A stretch of 64,000 nucleotides of DNA from positions 9,639 through 73,638 of the forward strand of contig UQBC01000004.1 in NCBI GenBank assembly GCA_900539195.1, in the 5' to 3' direction. The position numbers were made by a program, and so were the translations under genes. The notes under the pieces were generated by a model. The model was not told where the DNA came from, searched no databases, and saw only the letters and a program-made list of their open reading frames with translations. Below, piece after piece: positions 37,677-47,537 of the stretch. The stretch is from an uncultured Oscillospiraceae bacterium (lineage in GTDB: Bacteria; Bacillota; Clostridia; Oscillospirales; Ruminococcaceae). The stretch's first letter is position 1; every line of letters starts with the position of its first letter.

Positions 37677-38864
37677 TTATAGTTCCAGTGATGACAGCAG
37701 ATTGCAAAAATTGTCGTGTTCCGGACTGTTTGCAACCGTCAGAAGAAATGCGGCGGCAGAGGTATTACCCTGCTCGTCTGCAAATTCAATAAGCCCTGTT
37801 ACATTCCCGGCGGTGATCAAGCCGTTTTCCTTGCATATTTCAAGTAGCTCCGCACTGTCCTGCGTAATACAGTAACGTACGGCGTTTTCCGCATTATTAT
37901 GCAGGAAATCAAGGTAATGCTCCTCTGCTGCGGCGCTGAGATTCACTCTGTACATAAGACGTGAAAACGCTATCGCATATTGAAGATTTTCGTCCTGCAA
38001 AGCGGGGAAATAATTATCCTGCGCCGTAAAATCAAAACCGCCTTTGTCCCAGATATTACGCAATATAAAATTGTACGCCGATGATCCGTCGGTCGCCGTA
38101 ACTGCTTTATAAAGCGGTTTCCCGCTGATTGTGCTTCTGACAGTAACGCTTACGCAATCGGAAAATGCGTCGCCGCCGACTGAAATTATGCCGTCCGGAA
38201 TCTCAAGTTCATTCAGGCTTTCACACATAAAGAATGCCTTTTCTCCTATGCTTTCCAACCTATCGGGAATATTTACCGATCTCAGGCTGTGACAGTTCAG
38301 AAATGCCATATTTCCTATTTTAAGCAAACTATCCGGAAGTGTGATATAAGCAAGGCTTGTACACTCTTTGAAAGCTCGCTCATCAAGCTCTGTGACTGTA
38401 TCGGGCAGAGATACCGATATCAGCGACAGGCAACTTCCGAAAAGATTATACCCTATTTTAGTGATGCCTGCAGGAATGTCAATACTTTCAAGGCTTGTGC
38501 ACCCCCAGAAAGCAGAATTCCCGATTTCCGTAAGTTTATTATCAAGATATATTGTATTGAGTGCACTGCACTGGGCGAAAGCACAGCTTCCGAGCCGATC
38601 AACACTGCCCGGCAACGTGACAGAAGTCAGCGATGAACAGCCGTAGAATGCGCCGTCGTTTATGACTTTCAGACTTTCCGGGAGCGTAACGGCAATAACG
38701 CTCTGTAAGCCGCAGAGGGCGTCCTTGCCTATGGTCGTTACACCGTCAGGCACGGTAATGACAGTTTCGTCCTCTTTTAGCAGACATTTTTTCAGTACAG
38801 CATCCTTTATATCAAATTGTGCCAAAGCAATTACCTCTTCCTGCTGTAGTATAAAAAAGTTCAT
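37677..38864 (-). CDS. BspA-type leucine-rich repeat (LRR_5) protein with C-terminal helical domain
   Basis: same repeat family; paralog of the downstream gene. Confidence 0.7.
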   Translation of the reverse strand: MNFFILQQEEVIALAQFDIKDAVLKKCLLKEDETVITVPDGVTTIGKDALCGLQSVIAVTLPESLKVINDGAFYGCSSLTSVTLPGSVDRLGSCAFAQCSALNTIYLDNKLTEIGNSAFWGCTSLESIDIPAGITKIGYNLFGSCLSLISVSLPDTVTELDERAFKECTSLAYITLPDSLLKIGNMAFLNCHSLRSVNIPDRLESIGEKAFFMCESLNELEIPDGIISVGGDAFSDCVSVTVRSTISGKPLYKAVTATDGSSAYNFILRNIWDKGGFDFTAQDNYFPALQDENLQYAIAFSRLMYRVNLSAAAEEHYLDFLHNNAENAVRYCITQDSAELLEICKENGLITAGNVTGLIEFADEQGNTSAAAFLLTVANSPEHDNFCNLLSSLEL

Positions 38865-39512
38865 TCTTCTTTGTTTACCGCAATAATTCTATATGTCGAT
38901 ATCATTATCGTCAACAAGCGGAATTCTGACTTTTTTACAGCAAACAATGTCAATTCTGCACAGGTCGTTTAATTCACTGAGCTATTTGCTGAATTATCAG
39001 CGTTTTGTTCATTCGGAACATCATAGGACATTTTCTGATGAACAGTAAAGAAAAATGTACTGTATTTTCCGTGTTCGCTTTCAGCGCTTATCGTTCCGTT
39101 CATCTTCTCGGTACAATATTTACTTGCCGCAAAAACGATGCCCGTACCTTCTTTGCTGTGCTTTTTCCCGTTAAAGCACTTCGTAATTGGAAAAGCACAT
39201 ATTGTTATGTGTTTTCCGATGTGATTGCTTGTACCCGGTATGCCGATAAAGACCTACAGCATAATCAACATAAAATACTTCATTATCCGAACGCACCGAG
39301 TGCTGATACTACCATAACTATAACAAGCACCGGATAGGCGCAAACATTTTTTGCTGTGACGTTATTTATTTTACGGGTATTTTTTCAAACACGGCATTCC
39401 CTCCGATATTTAGAAAATTCATCATAAGCAAGGTTTATGAGTTTTATATCTTTATGGCTTAAGTATATCACAACGTAGCTGAATATTCAATATTTAATCA
39501 ATGTCCGCAACA

Positions 39513-39545
39513 ACAGAAAAACCGCACCGATATAAAGGTGCGGTC
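39513..39545 (-). terminator. rho-independent terminator downstream of FGGY kinase gene
   Basis: ACCGCACC-tttatatc-GGTGCGGT followed by U-run on minus strand. Confidence 0.45.
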
Positions 39546-39558
39546 TTTCTTGAACTTA

Positions 39559-41154
39559 TCAAAGATTGTCGACTGCCGAACGTTCAACCGCAAGGCATTT
39601 TGTATAGCTTTCCATAAATTTATCAAAGCCGTTGACATCTTCGGGGTCGGGTGCGACTACTGTTGTCTGAGCAGACGAGAATACATTTACAGCAAGCCAG
39701 CTGTCAAGCGTCATGTCGGATTTATCATTCATATATGCCGCAAGAAGCGCCATGCCCCATGCTCCGCCCTCTCCTGCGGTACTCATAACGGTAACAGGTG
39801 CATTTACAGCGGCGGCAAGTATCGACTGTCCGACATTTTCCGTCTTGAAGAAGCCTCCGTGACCTGTAACACTGTCTATAGGTACACGCTCTTCCTTTGT
39901 CAGTATATCAAGTCCCGTCTTAAGTGCACCAAGCGTTGTATAAAGCTGGGTACGCATAAAGTCGGCAAGCCCGAGATGTGCGTCGGGACGTCTTGCAAAA
40001 AGCGGTCTTCCCTGCTCAAATCCTGTAACGTGTTCTCCCGAAAGATAGTTATATGATATCATTCCGTCACAGTCCTTTTTGCCTTCGAGCGCCTTTTTGA
40101 ACAGCAGTTCATAAAGTGCGCCGCTATCTATTTCAAAGCCTGCCGCAGCGGCAAATTCCTTAAACAGACCCGCCCACGCATTAAGTTCGGATGTACAGTT
40201 ATTGCAGTGAACCATAGCGACCGCTTCGCCCGATGGTGTAGTTACCATATCAATCTGCTTATGGAGCTTTGCAAGCGGCTTTTCAAGAACAACCATAGCA
40301 AATACAGATGTACCGGCAGAAACATTACCCGTTCTAGGTGCAACGCTGTTTGTAGCCACCATACCGGTTCCTGCATCGCCCTCCGGCGGACAGAACGGTA
40401 TTCCGGCTTTAAGATTTCCCGATATATCAAGAAGCTTTGCGCCGCTTTCGGTAAGCGTGCCTGCATTGATTCCTGCTGTGAGCACTTCCGGGAGCAATGA
40501 TAAAACAGGCTTGTCAAAGCCGTGGGAACGAGCAATTTTATCAAATTTCTCCGACATAAGCGAATTATATGTAAGCGTAGCTGAATCTACAGGGAACATT
40601 CCCGACGCTTCGCCTATTCCAAGCACACGCCTGCCTATCAGCAGATAATGTATATATCCTGCAAGTGTGGTAAGATGCTCTAAATGCGCAAGGTGTTCTT
40701 CGCCGCCGAGTATGCACTGATAAAGGTGCGCTATACTCCATCTCTGAGGCACAGGGAAGCCGAAAAGCTCCGTCAGCTCATCGCTTGCCTGCTCTGTCAT
40801 TGTATTGCGCCATGTCCTGAAAGGGGTGAGCAGTTTGTCGTTTTTGTCAAACGCCATATATCCGTGCATCATAGCGCTTATTCCTACGGAGCCGTATGTT
40901 GTCGGCACAACCCCATACTTTGATTCGATATCCTTTACAAGCGACGCATAACAGTCCTGCATACCTGTGATAATATCATTTTCGCTGTAGGTCCAGATGC
41001 CGTTTTCAAGTCTGTTTTCCCACTCATGTGAGCCTGTTGCCGCAGGTGAATTGTTACTGCTGATAAGTACAGCCTTTATTCTTGTAGAGCCGAACTCGAT
41101 CCCGAGCGCTGTTTTTCCGTTTACTATATCATTTTTGATTTTAAGTATATCCAT
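39559..41154 (-). CDS. FGGY-family carbohydrate kinase
   Basis: N-terminal GIEFGSTRIKAV actin-like ATPase motif; ~530 aa. Confidence 0.6.
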   Translation of the reverse strand: MDILKIKNDIVNGKTALGIEFGSTRIKAVLISSNNSPAATGSHEWENRLENGIWTYSENDIITGMQDCYASLVKDIESKYGVVPTTYGSVGISAMMHGYMAFDKNDKLLTPFRTWRNTMTEQASDELTELFGFPVPQRWSIAHLYQCILGGEEHLAHLEHLTTLAGYIHYLLIGRRVLGIGEASGMFPVDSATLTYNSLMSEKFDKIARSHGFDKPVLSLLPEVLTAGINAGTLTESGAKLLDISGNLKAGIPFCPPEGDAGTGMVATNSVAPRTGNVSAGTSVFAMVVLEKPLAKLHKQIDMVTTPSGEAVAMVHCNNCTSELNAWAGLFKEFAAAAGFEIDSGALYELLFKKALEGKKDCDGMISYNYLSGEHVTGFEQGRPLFARRPDAHLGLADFMRTQLYTTLGALKTGLDILTKEERVPIDSVTGHGGFFKTENVGQSILAAAVNAPVTVMSTAGEGGAWGMALLAAYMNDKSDMTLDSWLAVNVFSSAQTTVVAPDPEDVNGFDKFMESYTKCLAVERSAVDNL

Positions 41155-41240
41155 ATATTACCTCCTGATACGTCGCATTATGCGTTTAAATAACAGTATA
41201 GCACATTGCCGTGATAAAAACAAGGCAACTTTTTATGCAG

Positions 41241-41270
41241 AAAAAAGAGGGACAGTGTACACAGTCCCTC
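41241..41270 (-). terminator. rho-independent terminator downstream of cysteine desulfurase gene
   Basis: GAGGGACTGTGTACACTGTCCCTC hairpin + U6 on minus strand. Confidence 0.45.
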
Positions 41271-41280
41271 AGGTGCATTT

Positions 41281-42420
41281 TTAATTGTTACCGTACTTTC
41301 TGTATAAAAGGTCGGTTAGCCGTATTATATCGGTTCGGGTATTGAAAACAGACGGGGCAAGACGCACCGTGCCGGTTTCAAGCGTTCCCTGCTTTTTATG
41401 GGCGAGAAAATTGCAATGAAGCCCTCCGCGCAGATAAAATCCGTTCTGCGATAACATATCCGCCGTAACCGAGCTTGATTCACCGTTTGCCGTGAATGAT
41501 ACCACAGGCAACGACTTTGTGTTCATACAACGGTATATTTGAATGCTGTTCATTTTTTCACAGCGTTTTATAAAAAGCTCGCACAGTGACATTTCATGAG
41601 AATAGATCCTCTCAACTCCTTTTGAATTTACAAACTCGACGCCCCTGCCGAGCGCTATTGCGCCGGGCGTGTTTATAGTTCCGCTTTCAAAGCTGTCGGG
41701 CAGAAAATCAGGTTGATTGATATCGCCGCTTGCACTTCCAGTCCCGCCCTCAATAAGCGTACTTAGTGGATATTTTCCGTCGGTTACGAGTACACCCGTT
41801 CCCATAGGTCCGTAAAGTCCCTTATGGCCCGGAGCGCAGATGATATTTATTCCGTCAGACAGACTGAGCGGTATCACCCCTGCCGCCTGTGCGCAGTCCG
41901 CAATAAGACAGATATTGTGCTTTCTGCAAAGCTTTGCGATTTCAACAAGCGGAGTTACTCTGCCGTTTACATTACAGCCTGCGGTTATAATGATCACGGC
42001 AGTGTCACGGCGGATAAGCCGCTCAAGTGACGCAATCAGTTCGCCATCGCTTTCGCCGCTGTCTGCTATGCTGTAATTTATTCGCTTCTGTTTATATAAT
42101 GCGTGCAGGGGTCTTATAACCGAATTATGTTCAAGATCGGAAGTTATGACATGGCAATGCCCGACAGCCTGACATACTCCTTTGAGTGCGAAATTTATAG
42201 CATGGGTACAGTTAAGCGTAAACACGGTATTTTCTGTTTCTCCGCCAAAAAATACCGCACACTTCTCCCTTGCGTTGAACACCTGCTTTGACGTTTCCAG
42301 CGAAAGCCTGTGACCTGCTCTGCCGGGATTGGCGCCGTAATCGTAAAGTGCCTTTTCCGCTGTATGGAGCACCGAAACAGGCTTCGGGTATGTGGTAGCG
42401 GCATTGTCCAGATATATCAT
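41281..42420 (-). CDS. cysteine desulfurase-family aminotransferase (class V, PLP-dependent)
   Basis: PLP-lysine motif PGHKGLYGPMGTGVL; N-terminal YLDNAATT. Confidence 0.75.
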   Translation of the reverse strand: MIYLDNAATTYPKPVSVLHTAEKALYDYGANPGRAGHRLSLETSKQVFNAREKCAVFFGGETENTVFTLNCTHAINFALKGVCQAVGHCHVITSDLEHNSVIRPLHALYKQKRINYSIADSGESDGELIASLERLIRRDTAVIIITAGCNVNGRVTPLVEIAKLCRKHNICLIADCAQAAGVIPLSLSDGINIICAPGHKGLYGPMGTGVLVTDGKYPLSTLIEGGTGSASGDINQPDFLPDSFESGTINTPGAIALGRGVEFVNSKGVERIYSHEMSLCELFIKRCEKMNSIQIYRCMNTKSLPVVSFTANGESSSVTADMLSQNGFYLRGGLHCNFLAHKKQGTLETGTVRLAPSVFNTRTDIIRLTDLLYRKYGNN

Positions 42421-42632
42421 CCCGCATCACCGCCGTTTCTTATTTCAAGACAGTCAAGTCCGCCGAGCGCAAGCAGACGGCAGGTCTTGTCAGGGTCGTT
42501 TTCCGTATAAATGCCGAAACGGCAACCCTTTGAAGTCGTTATTTTTCCCGTTGACGATGATATCTTATAACCGCCGAGAATGCGTCGTGCCTTCTCGGCG
42601 GCAGTAGCCGAGCGCAGTACAATGAAATACAT
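42417..42632 (-). CDS. DUF3343-family small protein (putative S/Se carrier)
   Basis: 71 aa, overlaps desulfurase start; pattern YFIVLRSATAAEKA.. Confidence 0.5.
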   Translation of the reverse strand: MYFIVLRSATAAEKARRILGGYKISSSTGKITTSKGCRFGIYTENDPDKTCRLLALGGLDCLEIRNGGDAG

Positions 42633-42819
42633 AACGTATACCCCTTTTCAATTTATTCACCGGTTTATTATATGCTATGCGCTCCACTGTGGTGAAACCT
42701 GTTTTTATAAACGGCAGACATATGTACGGCACAGGAGATCAAAAAAATTTCCGATAAGAAATACATAGTATTTCGGTATTATAATACACAATGTGACCGC
42801 TTTTTCGCACAAGGCGTTC

Positions 42820-42848
42820 TTGACATTCCGGCGGTTATGTTGTAAAAT
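42820..42848 (+). promoter_or_regulatory. sigma70 promoter TTGACA-17-TAAAAT within long rnj leader
   Basis: read directly. Confidence 0.4.
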
Positions 42849-43358
42849 ATATGTTAAATGCGGTAGTTACCGCTTTCTGCCCGTTTACACGGTGACAGCG
42901 TGACATTTTTCTGTGCATACTCGGCTATTGTTTGCGGCGGAATGAATAACGGATTTATTTAAAGTAAATTATAAAACAAAAGAATAACGGAAAAGCGGCT
43001 AAAAGAAATTATATATTTTCCTTATGACACAGCATTTTAATTTCGATAGCACGAAAAGTCAGTATATTTCGGGTTTATGGATTGTAAGATAAAACCACTC
43101 TGACTGTACTTATGACATATTGACAATGCCGCTTGCAGTGAAAAGCCTGTAAATTACCTGTAAAAGGTTACGGGTCAGCTTTGCTTTGTTTCAAAAGGGG
43201 GAGGTATGCCCTTGGCAGAGGTATAACCTTTGCCGGTGTTATAAAAGCAAGCATATTCACTGCCTGATTTGTGGGCGAGATTATATATTGCCGCTTTTCC
43301 GTCTGTAAGGACGTGTACATAAGATATAAGCGTCCGACGGAAGGAATGGTATTTTTAA

Positions 43359-45479
43359 ATGGGAATTATTGACTCAAAGAACTTATTGACAGCAACGGAA
43401 AGCATAAAGCCTAAGAATCCGAAGCCTTACTCAAAGCGTAAGAAAAACCCTTTTGCCAAGCAGTTCAAGCTTACCGACAGAAATGCGTCCGAAAACCATG
43501 AAAATGACGCAATAAGGAATACAAAGCCTGTAACCGGCGGCAAGAAGGTGCTTACCGATAAAAGAGGTCCTGTGCTTACAGACAACAGGCAAGGCGGTAA
43601 AAAGCCTGTGCTTACAGACAACAGAAAAAGCGAAAAGAAACCCGTGCTTACCGATAACAGGCAAAACGAAAAGAAGCTTGTTCTGACCGATAACAAAAAC
43701 AACAAGAAGCCTGTCCTCACCGACAACAGACCTCACTCAGGCAAGAACGACAACAAGCAGGAAACAAGAAAGCAGGAATATCCCTCTTTCTTTGCCGAGG
43801 ACGACAAGAAAGACAGCAGAAAAACGCCTGTAAGGATAATGTCGCTCGGCGGTGTGAATGAGATAGGCAAGAATATTTATGTTTATGAGTGCTGTAACGA
43901 TATTTTCATCATTGACTGCGGACTTGCATTCCCCGACGATGATATGCTCGGCGTAGACCTTGTTATACCCGATTTCACCTACCTTGAAAAGAACAAGGAA
44001 AAGATTAGGGGCGTGGTACTCACCCACGGTCATGAGGATCATATCGGCGCACTCCCCTACTTCCTCAAAAAGATAAACGTACCCGTATACGGCACAAGAC
44101 TTACTCTCGGACTTGTAGAGGGCAAGCTCCGTGAGCACGGCATATTGTCGCAGTGCTCACTGAACGTGGTTGTACCCCGTCAGAACGTCAGAATGGGCTG
44201 TATGAGCGTTGAATTTATCAGAGTAAACCACTCTATACCCGACGCCTGCGCCATGGCAGTGCATACGCCTGCAGGCGTGATAGTGCACACCGGCGACTTC
44301 AAGGTCGACTATACGCCTATCGAGGGCGGTATAATTGACCTTGCAAGGTTCGGCGAACTTGGAAACAAGGGTGTTCTCGCATTGCTTTCAGAAAGCACGA
44401 ATGCAGAGCGTCCGGGCTATACGGCTACAGAAAGAAAGGTCGGAGAGAGCTTCAAGAGTCTGTTTGCAGGGGCTGACGGCAAGAGAATAATCGTTGCCAC
44501 ATTCTCCTCAAACATTCACAGAATACAGCAGATTATCAACAATGCGGAGGCATGGGGCAGAAAGGTTGCCGTTTCGGGCAGAAGTATGCTCAACGTGCTT
44601 ACTACCGCAATTGAACTCAATTATATCAAGGTACCTCAGGGTATGCTTGTAGATATAGAAGATGTAAACAAATATCCTCCCGAAAAAATGGTAATTATCA
44701 CAACCGGAAGCCAGGGCGAACCGCTTTCCGCACTTTCGAGAATGTCATCGGGAGATCACAGACAGGTATCTATAACACCGAGCGACCTTATCATTATTTC
44801 GGCTACTCCGATACCGGGCAACGAGAAGTTTGTCGGCAAGCTCGTAAACGAGCTGATGAAGCAGGGTGCAGAGGTCGTATACGAGGCTATGTACGAGGTG
44901 CACGTTTCGGGTCATGCCTGCCAGGACGAGCTTAAAATGATGCTTGCGCTGACAAAGCCGAAGTTCTTTATACCGATCCACGGCGAATACAAGCATATGA
45001 AAAAGCACGAGGGTCTTGCAATAAAGATGGGCATACCCGAAGAAAATATATTCCTTCTGAATATCGGTCAGGTAGTCGAAACCGACAGCGTTGAAATGAA
45101 GATAGTAGGTCAGGTGCCTGCAGGAAAGGTGCTGGTCGACGGTCTTGGCGTCGGCGATGTCGGCTCGGTCGTACTGCGTGACAGAAAGCATCTGTCCGAG
45201 GACGGTCTTATTGTAGTTGTAACTACTATCAACCGTGAAACAGGTATGGTAGCCGCAGGACCCGATATCGTATCAAGAGGATTTGTATATGTCAGGGAAT
45301 CCGAGGAGCTTATGGATGAGGCTAAACAGCTTGTCAAGAAAACGCTCCAGACTTGTGCAGACAGGAACATCAGAGAATGGGGCAATATAAAGTCTAACGT
45401 AAGGGATGAGCTTGGCAACTTCATATTCCAGAGAACCAAGAGGAATCCTATGATACTGCCTATTATAATGGAAGTATAA
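43359..45479 (+). CDS. rnj: ribonuclease J with ~160-aa N-terminal Lys-rich repeat extension (alternative start ~43840)
   Basis: MBL motif HGHEDHIG, beta-CASP; canonical RNase J N-terminus (MSLGGVNEIGKN) begins ~43840 with its own AAGGA RBS. Confidence 0.85.
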   Translation: MGIIDSKNLLTATESIKPKNPKPYSKRKKNPFAKQFKLTDRNASENHENDAIRNTKPVTGGKKVLTDKRGPVLTDNRQGGKKPVLTDNRKSEKKPVLTDNRQNEKKLVLTDNKNNKKPVLTDNRPHSGKNDNKQETRKQEYPSFFAEDDKKDSRKTPVRIMSLGGVNEIGKNIYVYECCNDIFIIDCGLAFPDDDMLGVDLVIPDFTYLEKNKEKIRGVVLTHGHEDHIGALPYFLKKINVPVYGTRLTLGLVEGKLREHGILSQCSLNVVVPRQNVRMGCMSVEFIRVNHSIPDACAMAVHTPAGVIVHTGDFKVDYTPIEGGIIDLARFGELGNKGVLALLSESTNAERPGYTATERKVGESFKSLFAGADGKRIIVATFSSNIHRIQQIINNAEAWGRKVAVSGRSMLNVLTTAIELNYIKVPQGMLVDIEDVNKYPPEKMVIITTGSQGEPLSALSRMSSGDHRQVSITPSDLIIISATPIPGNEKFVGKLVNELMKQGAEVVYEAMYEVHVSGHACQDELKMMLALTKPKFFIPIHGEYKHMKKHEGLAIKMGIPEENIFLLNIGQVVETDSVEMKIVGQVPAGKVLVDGLGVGDVGSVVLRDRKHLSEDGLIVVVTTINRETGMVAAGPDIVSRGFVYVRESEELMDEAKQLVKKTLQTCADRNIREWGNIKSNVRDELGNFIFQRTKRNPMILPIIMEV
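43537..43738 (+). repeat. six tandem ~33-bp in-frame repeats encoding KKPVLTDNRxx
   Basis: direct reading of DNA and translated repeats. Confidence 0.6.
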
Positions 45480-45506
45480 TCGTAAAAAGCAAAGGAGGCG
45501 CGGAAA

Positions 45507-47519
45507 GTGAAGAATTTTTATCGTGACGGCGGACTTGTCATATCGGTTTCGGCACTGGTTATCGCACTGGTGATAATGCAGGGCTATATATACACAAAGG
45601 ATATAAATGTATTCTGGCTGTCTGCGCCGTTTGTGGTTCTTATCGGCGGCTTTGCTATCGGTAAGCTCATACAGGTAACAAGAAAAACTTTCCAGTACTA
45701 TGCACGAATAGACGATGAGCTTGAAGCGAAAATGCATATGTCGGTACACAACTTTCCTATGTCTGCCGTGATCATCGACAGTGCGGGAAGAATCGTATGG
45801 ACAAACGGAAAGTTCACCGAGGAGTTTCCCGAATGCTGTGAGTACGGCAAGGAGCTGTCAGATATCACGGATATACCTGCGGCTGATTTTTTCACCGACA
45901 ACGGTGTTACGATAACATATAAGGACAGCGTATATCAGGTGTTTGCAAGAGTTCCTGATGAAGAAGAAGCAAAGGAGCTAACCTTGCTGTTCTTCAAGAA
46001 TATCACCGATATTACAGCGCTCAAAACCGAGAAAAAGCTCTCACAGCCAGTTGTTATACTGTTTATGGTGGACGGCTACGAAGAGCTTATAAGCGGTTGC
46101 CTTGAAAGCGAAAAGGCTCACGTTTCGGTACAGATAGACAAGCTGCTTGAAGATTTTGCGGGACAGACGACCGGCGTACTCAGAAAGAACGCATCGGACA
46201 GATTTATAGCGGTGATTGAGGAAAGACACTTACAGGAGATCCTGAGCAACAAAGTCGAAATTCTTGACAAGGCAAGAGAAATATTCGTAAACGACAGGCT
46301 CAATGTCACTATGTCGATAGGTATCGGCAGAACCGGCAAGACTCTTAAAGAAAGCGAACAGTTCGCACGTCAGGCACTTGAAATGGCTCTCGGACGAGGC
46401 GGCGATCAGGCGGCTGTAAAGACCGAAAACGGCTTTGAGTTCTACGGCGGCGTTTCAAAAGGTGTTGAACGCCATACAAAGGTAAAGACACGAATTATCG
46501 CAAACTCACTGCTTGAGCTTGTTGACAATGCGGACAGAATATTCATAATGGGACACAAGTACAGCGACCTTGACAGTGTCGGCTCTTCTGTCGGTCTTAC
46601 CTGTGCGATACGAAACCTCGGCAAGAGTGCATGGGCAGTCTGCGACTACAGCACATCTCTCGCAAAGGTGCTTATCGACAGATTTCCCCACGTTGACGGA
46701 GAAGAACCGCTGTTCAGAGAACCGTCGGACTCTATCGAAGAACTCACAGATAACTCACTGCTGATCATCTGCGACACACACAATCCGCTGATAATTGAAA
46801 GCAAGGAGCTTTACGAAAAGGCAAAGAAGGTAGTTGTCATCGACCACCACAGGAAGATGGTAAACTACATAGACAATGCGGTCATATTCCACCACGAACC
46901 GTATGCGTCTTCCGCATCTGAAATGGTAACGGAGTTGATACAGTATTTCGGCGAAGCAGGAAAGCTCAGAGCCGTACAAGCTGAATGTCTGCTTGCAGGC
47001 ATTATGCTTGACACAAAGAATTTCGTTATGAAAACGGGCGTAAGAACATTTGAGGCGGCGGCTGTACTGCGTAAGATGGGTGCAGATACGATAACCGTAA
47101 AGAAGATGTTCTCAAGCTCGATAGACAGCTACAAGAGAAAGACCCAGATAGTAGCGGAAGCGGAGATATACCGCAAGTGCGCTATCGCTCCGTGCGACTT
47201 CTATGCGGACGACCTCAGAATTGTTGCTCCCCAGGCGGCAGATGAGCTGCTGACTATCAAGAACGTTGACGCATCGTTCGTGCTGTACAAGACAATGAGC
47301 AATGAGATATCAATAAGTGCAAGAAGTATGGGCAACTTAAACGTCCAGCTTATAATGGAAGCTCTGGGCGGCGGCGGTCATCAGACTATGGCAGGCGCAC
47401 AGCTTAAAAACGAGACACTCAGCGAAGCGCTTGAAGTGCTGAAAAAATCAATTGACGATTACTATTTAAGCCTTATAAAGGTAAATTCAAACGATAACAA
47501 GACTGCACAGCGCAGTTAA
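45507..47519 (+). CDS. gdpP: GdpP-type cyclic-di-AMP phosphodiesterase (DHH/DHHA1, N-terminal TM)
   Basis: two N-terminal TM helices, DHH motif VIDHH, DHHA1 GGGGH; synteny gdpP-rplI-dnaB; GTG start after AGGAGG. Confidence 0.8.
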   Translation: MKNFYRDGGLVISVSALVIALVIMQGYIYTKDINVFWLSAPFVVLIGGFAIGKLIQVTRKTFQYYARIDDELEAKMHMSVHNFPMSAVIIDSAGRIVWTNGKFTEEFPECCEYGKELSDITDIPAADFFTDNGVTITYKDSVYQVFARVPDEEEAKELTLLFFKNITDITALKTEKKLSQPVVILFMVDGYEELISGCLESEKAHVSVQIDKLLEDFAGQTTGVLRKNASDRFIAVIEERHLQEILSNKVEILDKAREIFVNDRLNVTMSIGIGRTGKTLKESEQFARQALEMALGRGGDQAAVKTENGFEFYGGVSKGVERHTKVKTRIIANSLLELVDNADRIFIMGHKYSDLDSVGSSVGLTCAIRNLGKSAWAVCDYSTSLAKVLIDRFPHVDGEEPLFREPSDSIEELTDNSLLIICDTHNPLIIESKELYEKAKKVVVIDHHRKMVNYIDNAVIFHHEPYASSASEMVTELIQYFGEAGKLRAVQAECLLAGIMLDTKNFVMKTGVRTFEAAAVLRKMGADTITVKKMFSSSIDSYKRKTQIVAEAEIYRKCAIAPCDFYADDLRIVAPQAADELLTIKNVDASFVLYKTMSNEISISARSMGNLNVQLIMEALGGGGHQTMAGAQLKNETLSEALEVLKKSIDDYYLSLIKVNSNDNKTAQRS

Positions 47520-47537
47520 AAGAAAGGACGATATAAA

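Noticed and set aside
39005-39337. 110-aa + strand ORF in the LRR/FGGY intergenic gap
   Set aside because: No RBS, no recognisable motif and odd composition. More likely non-coding or a remnant.
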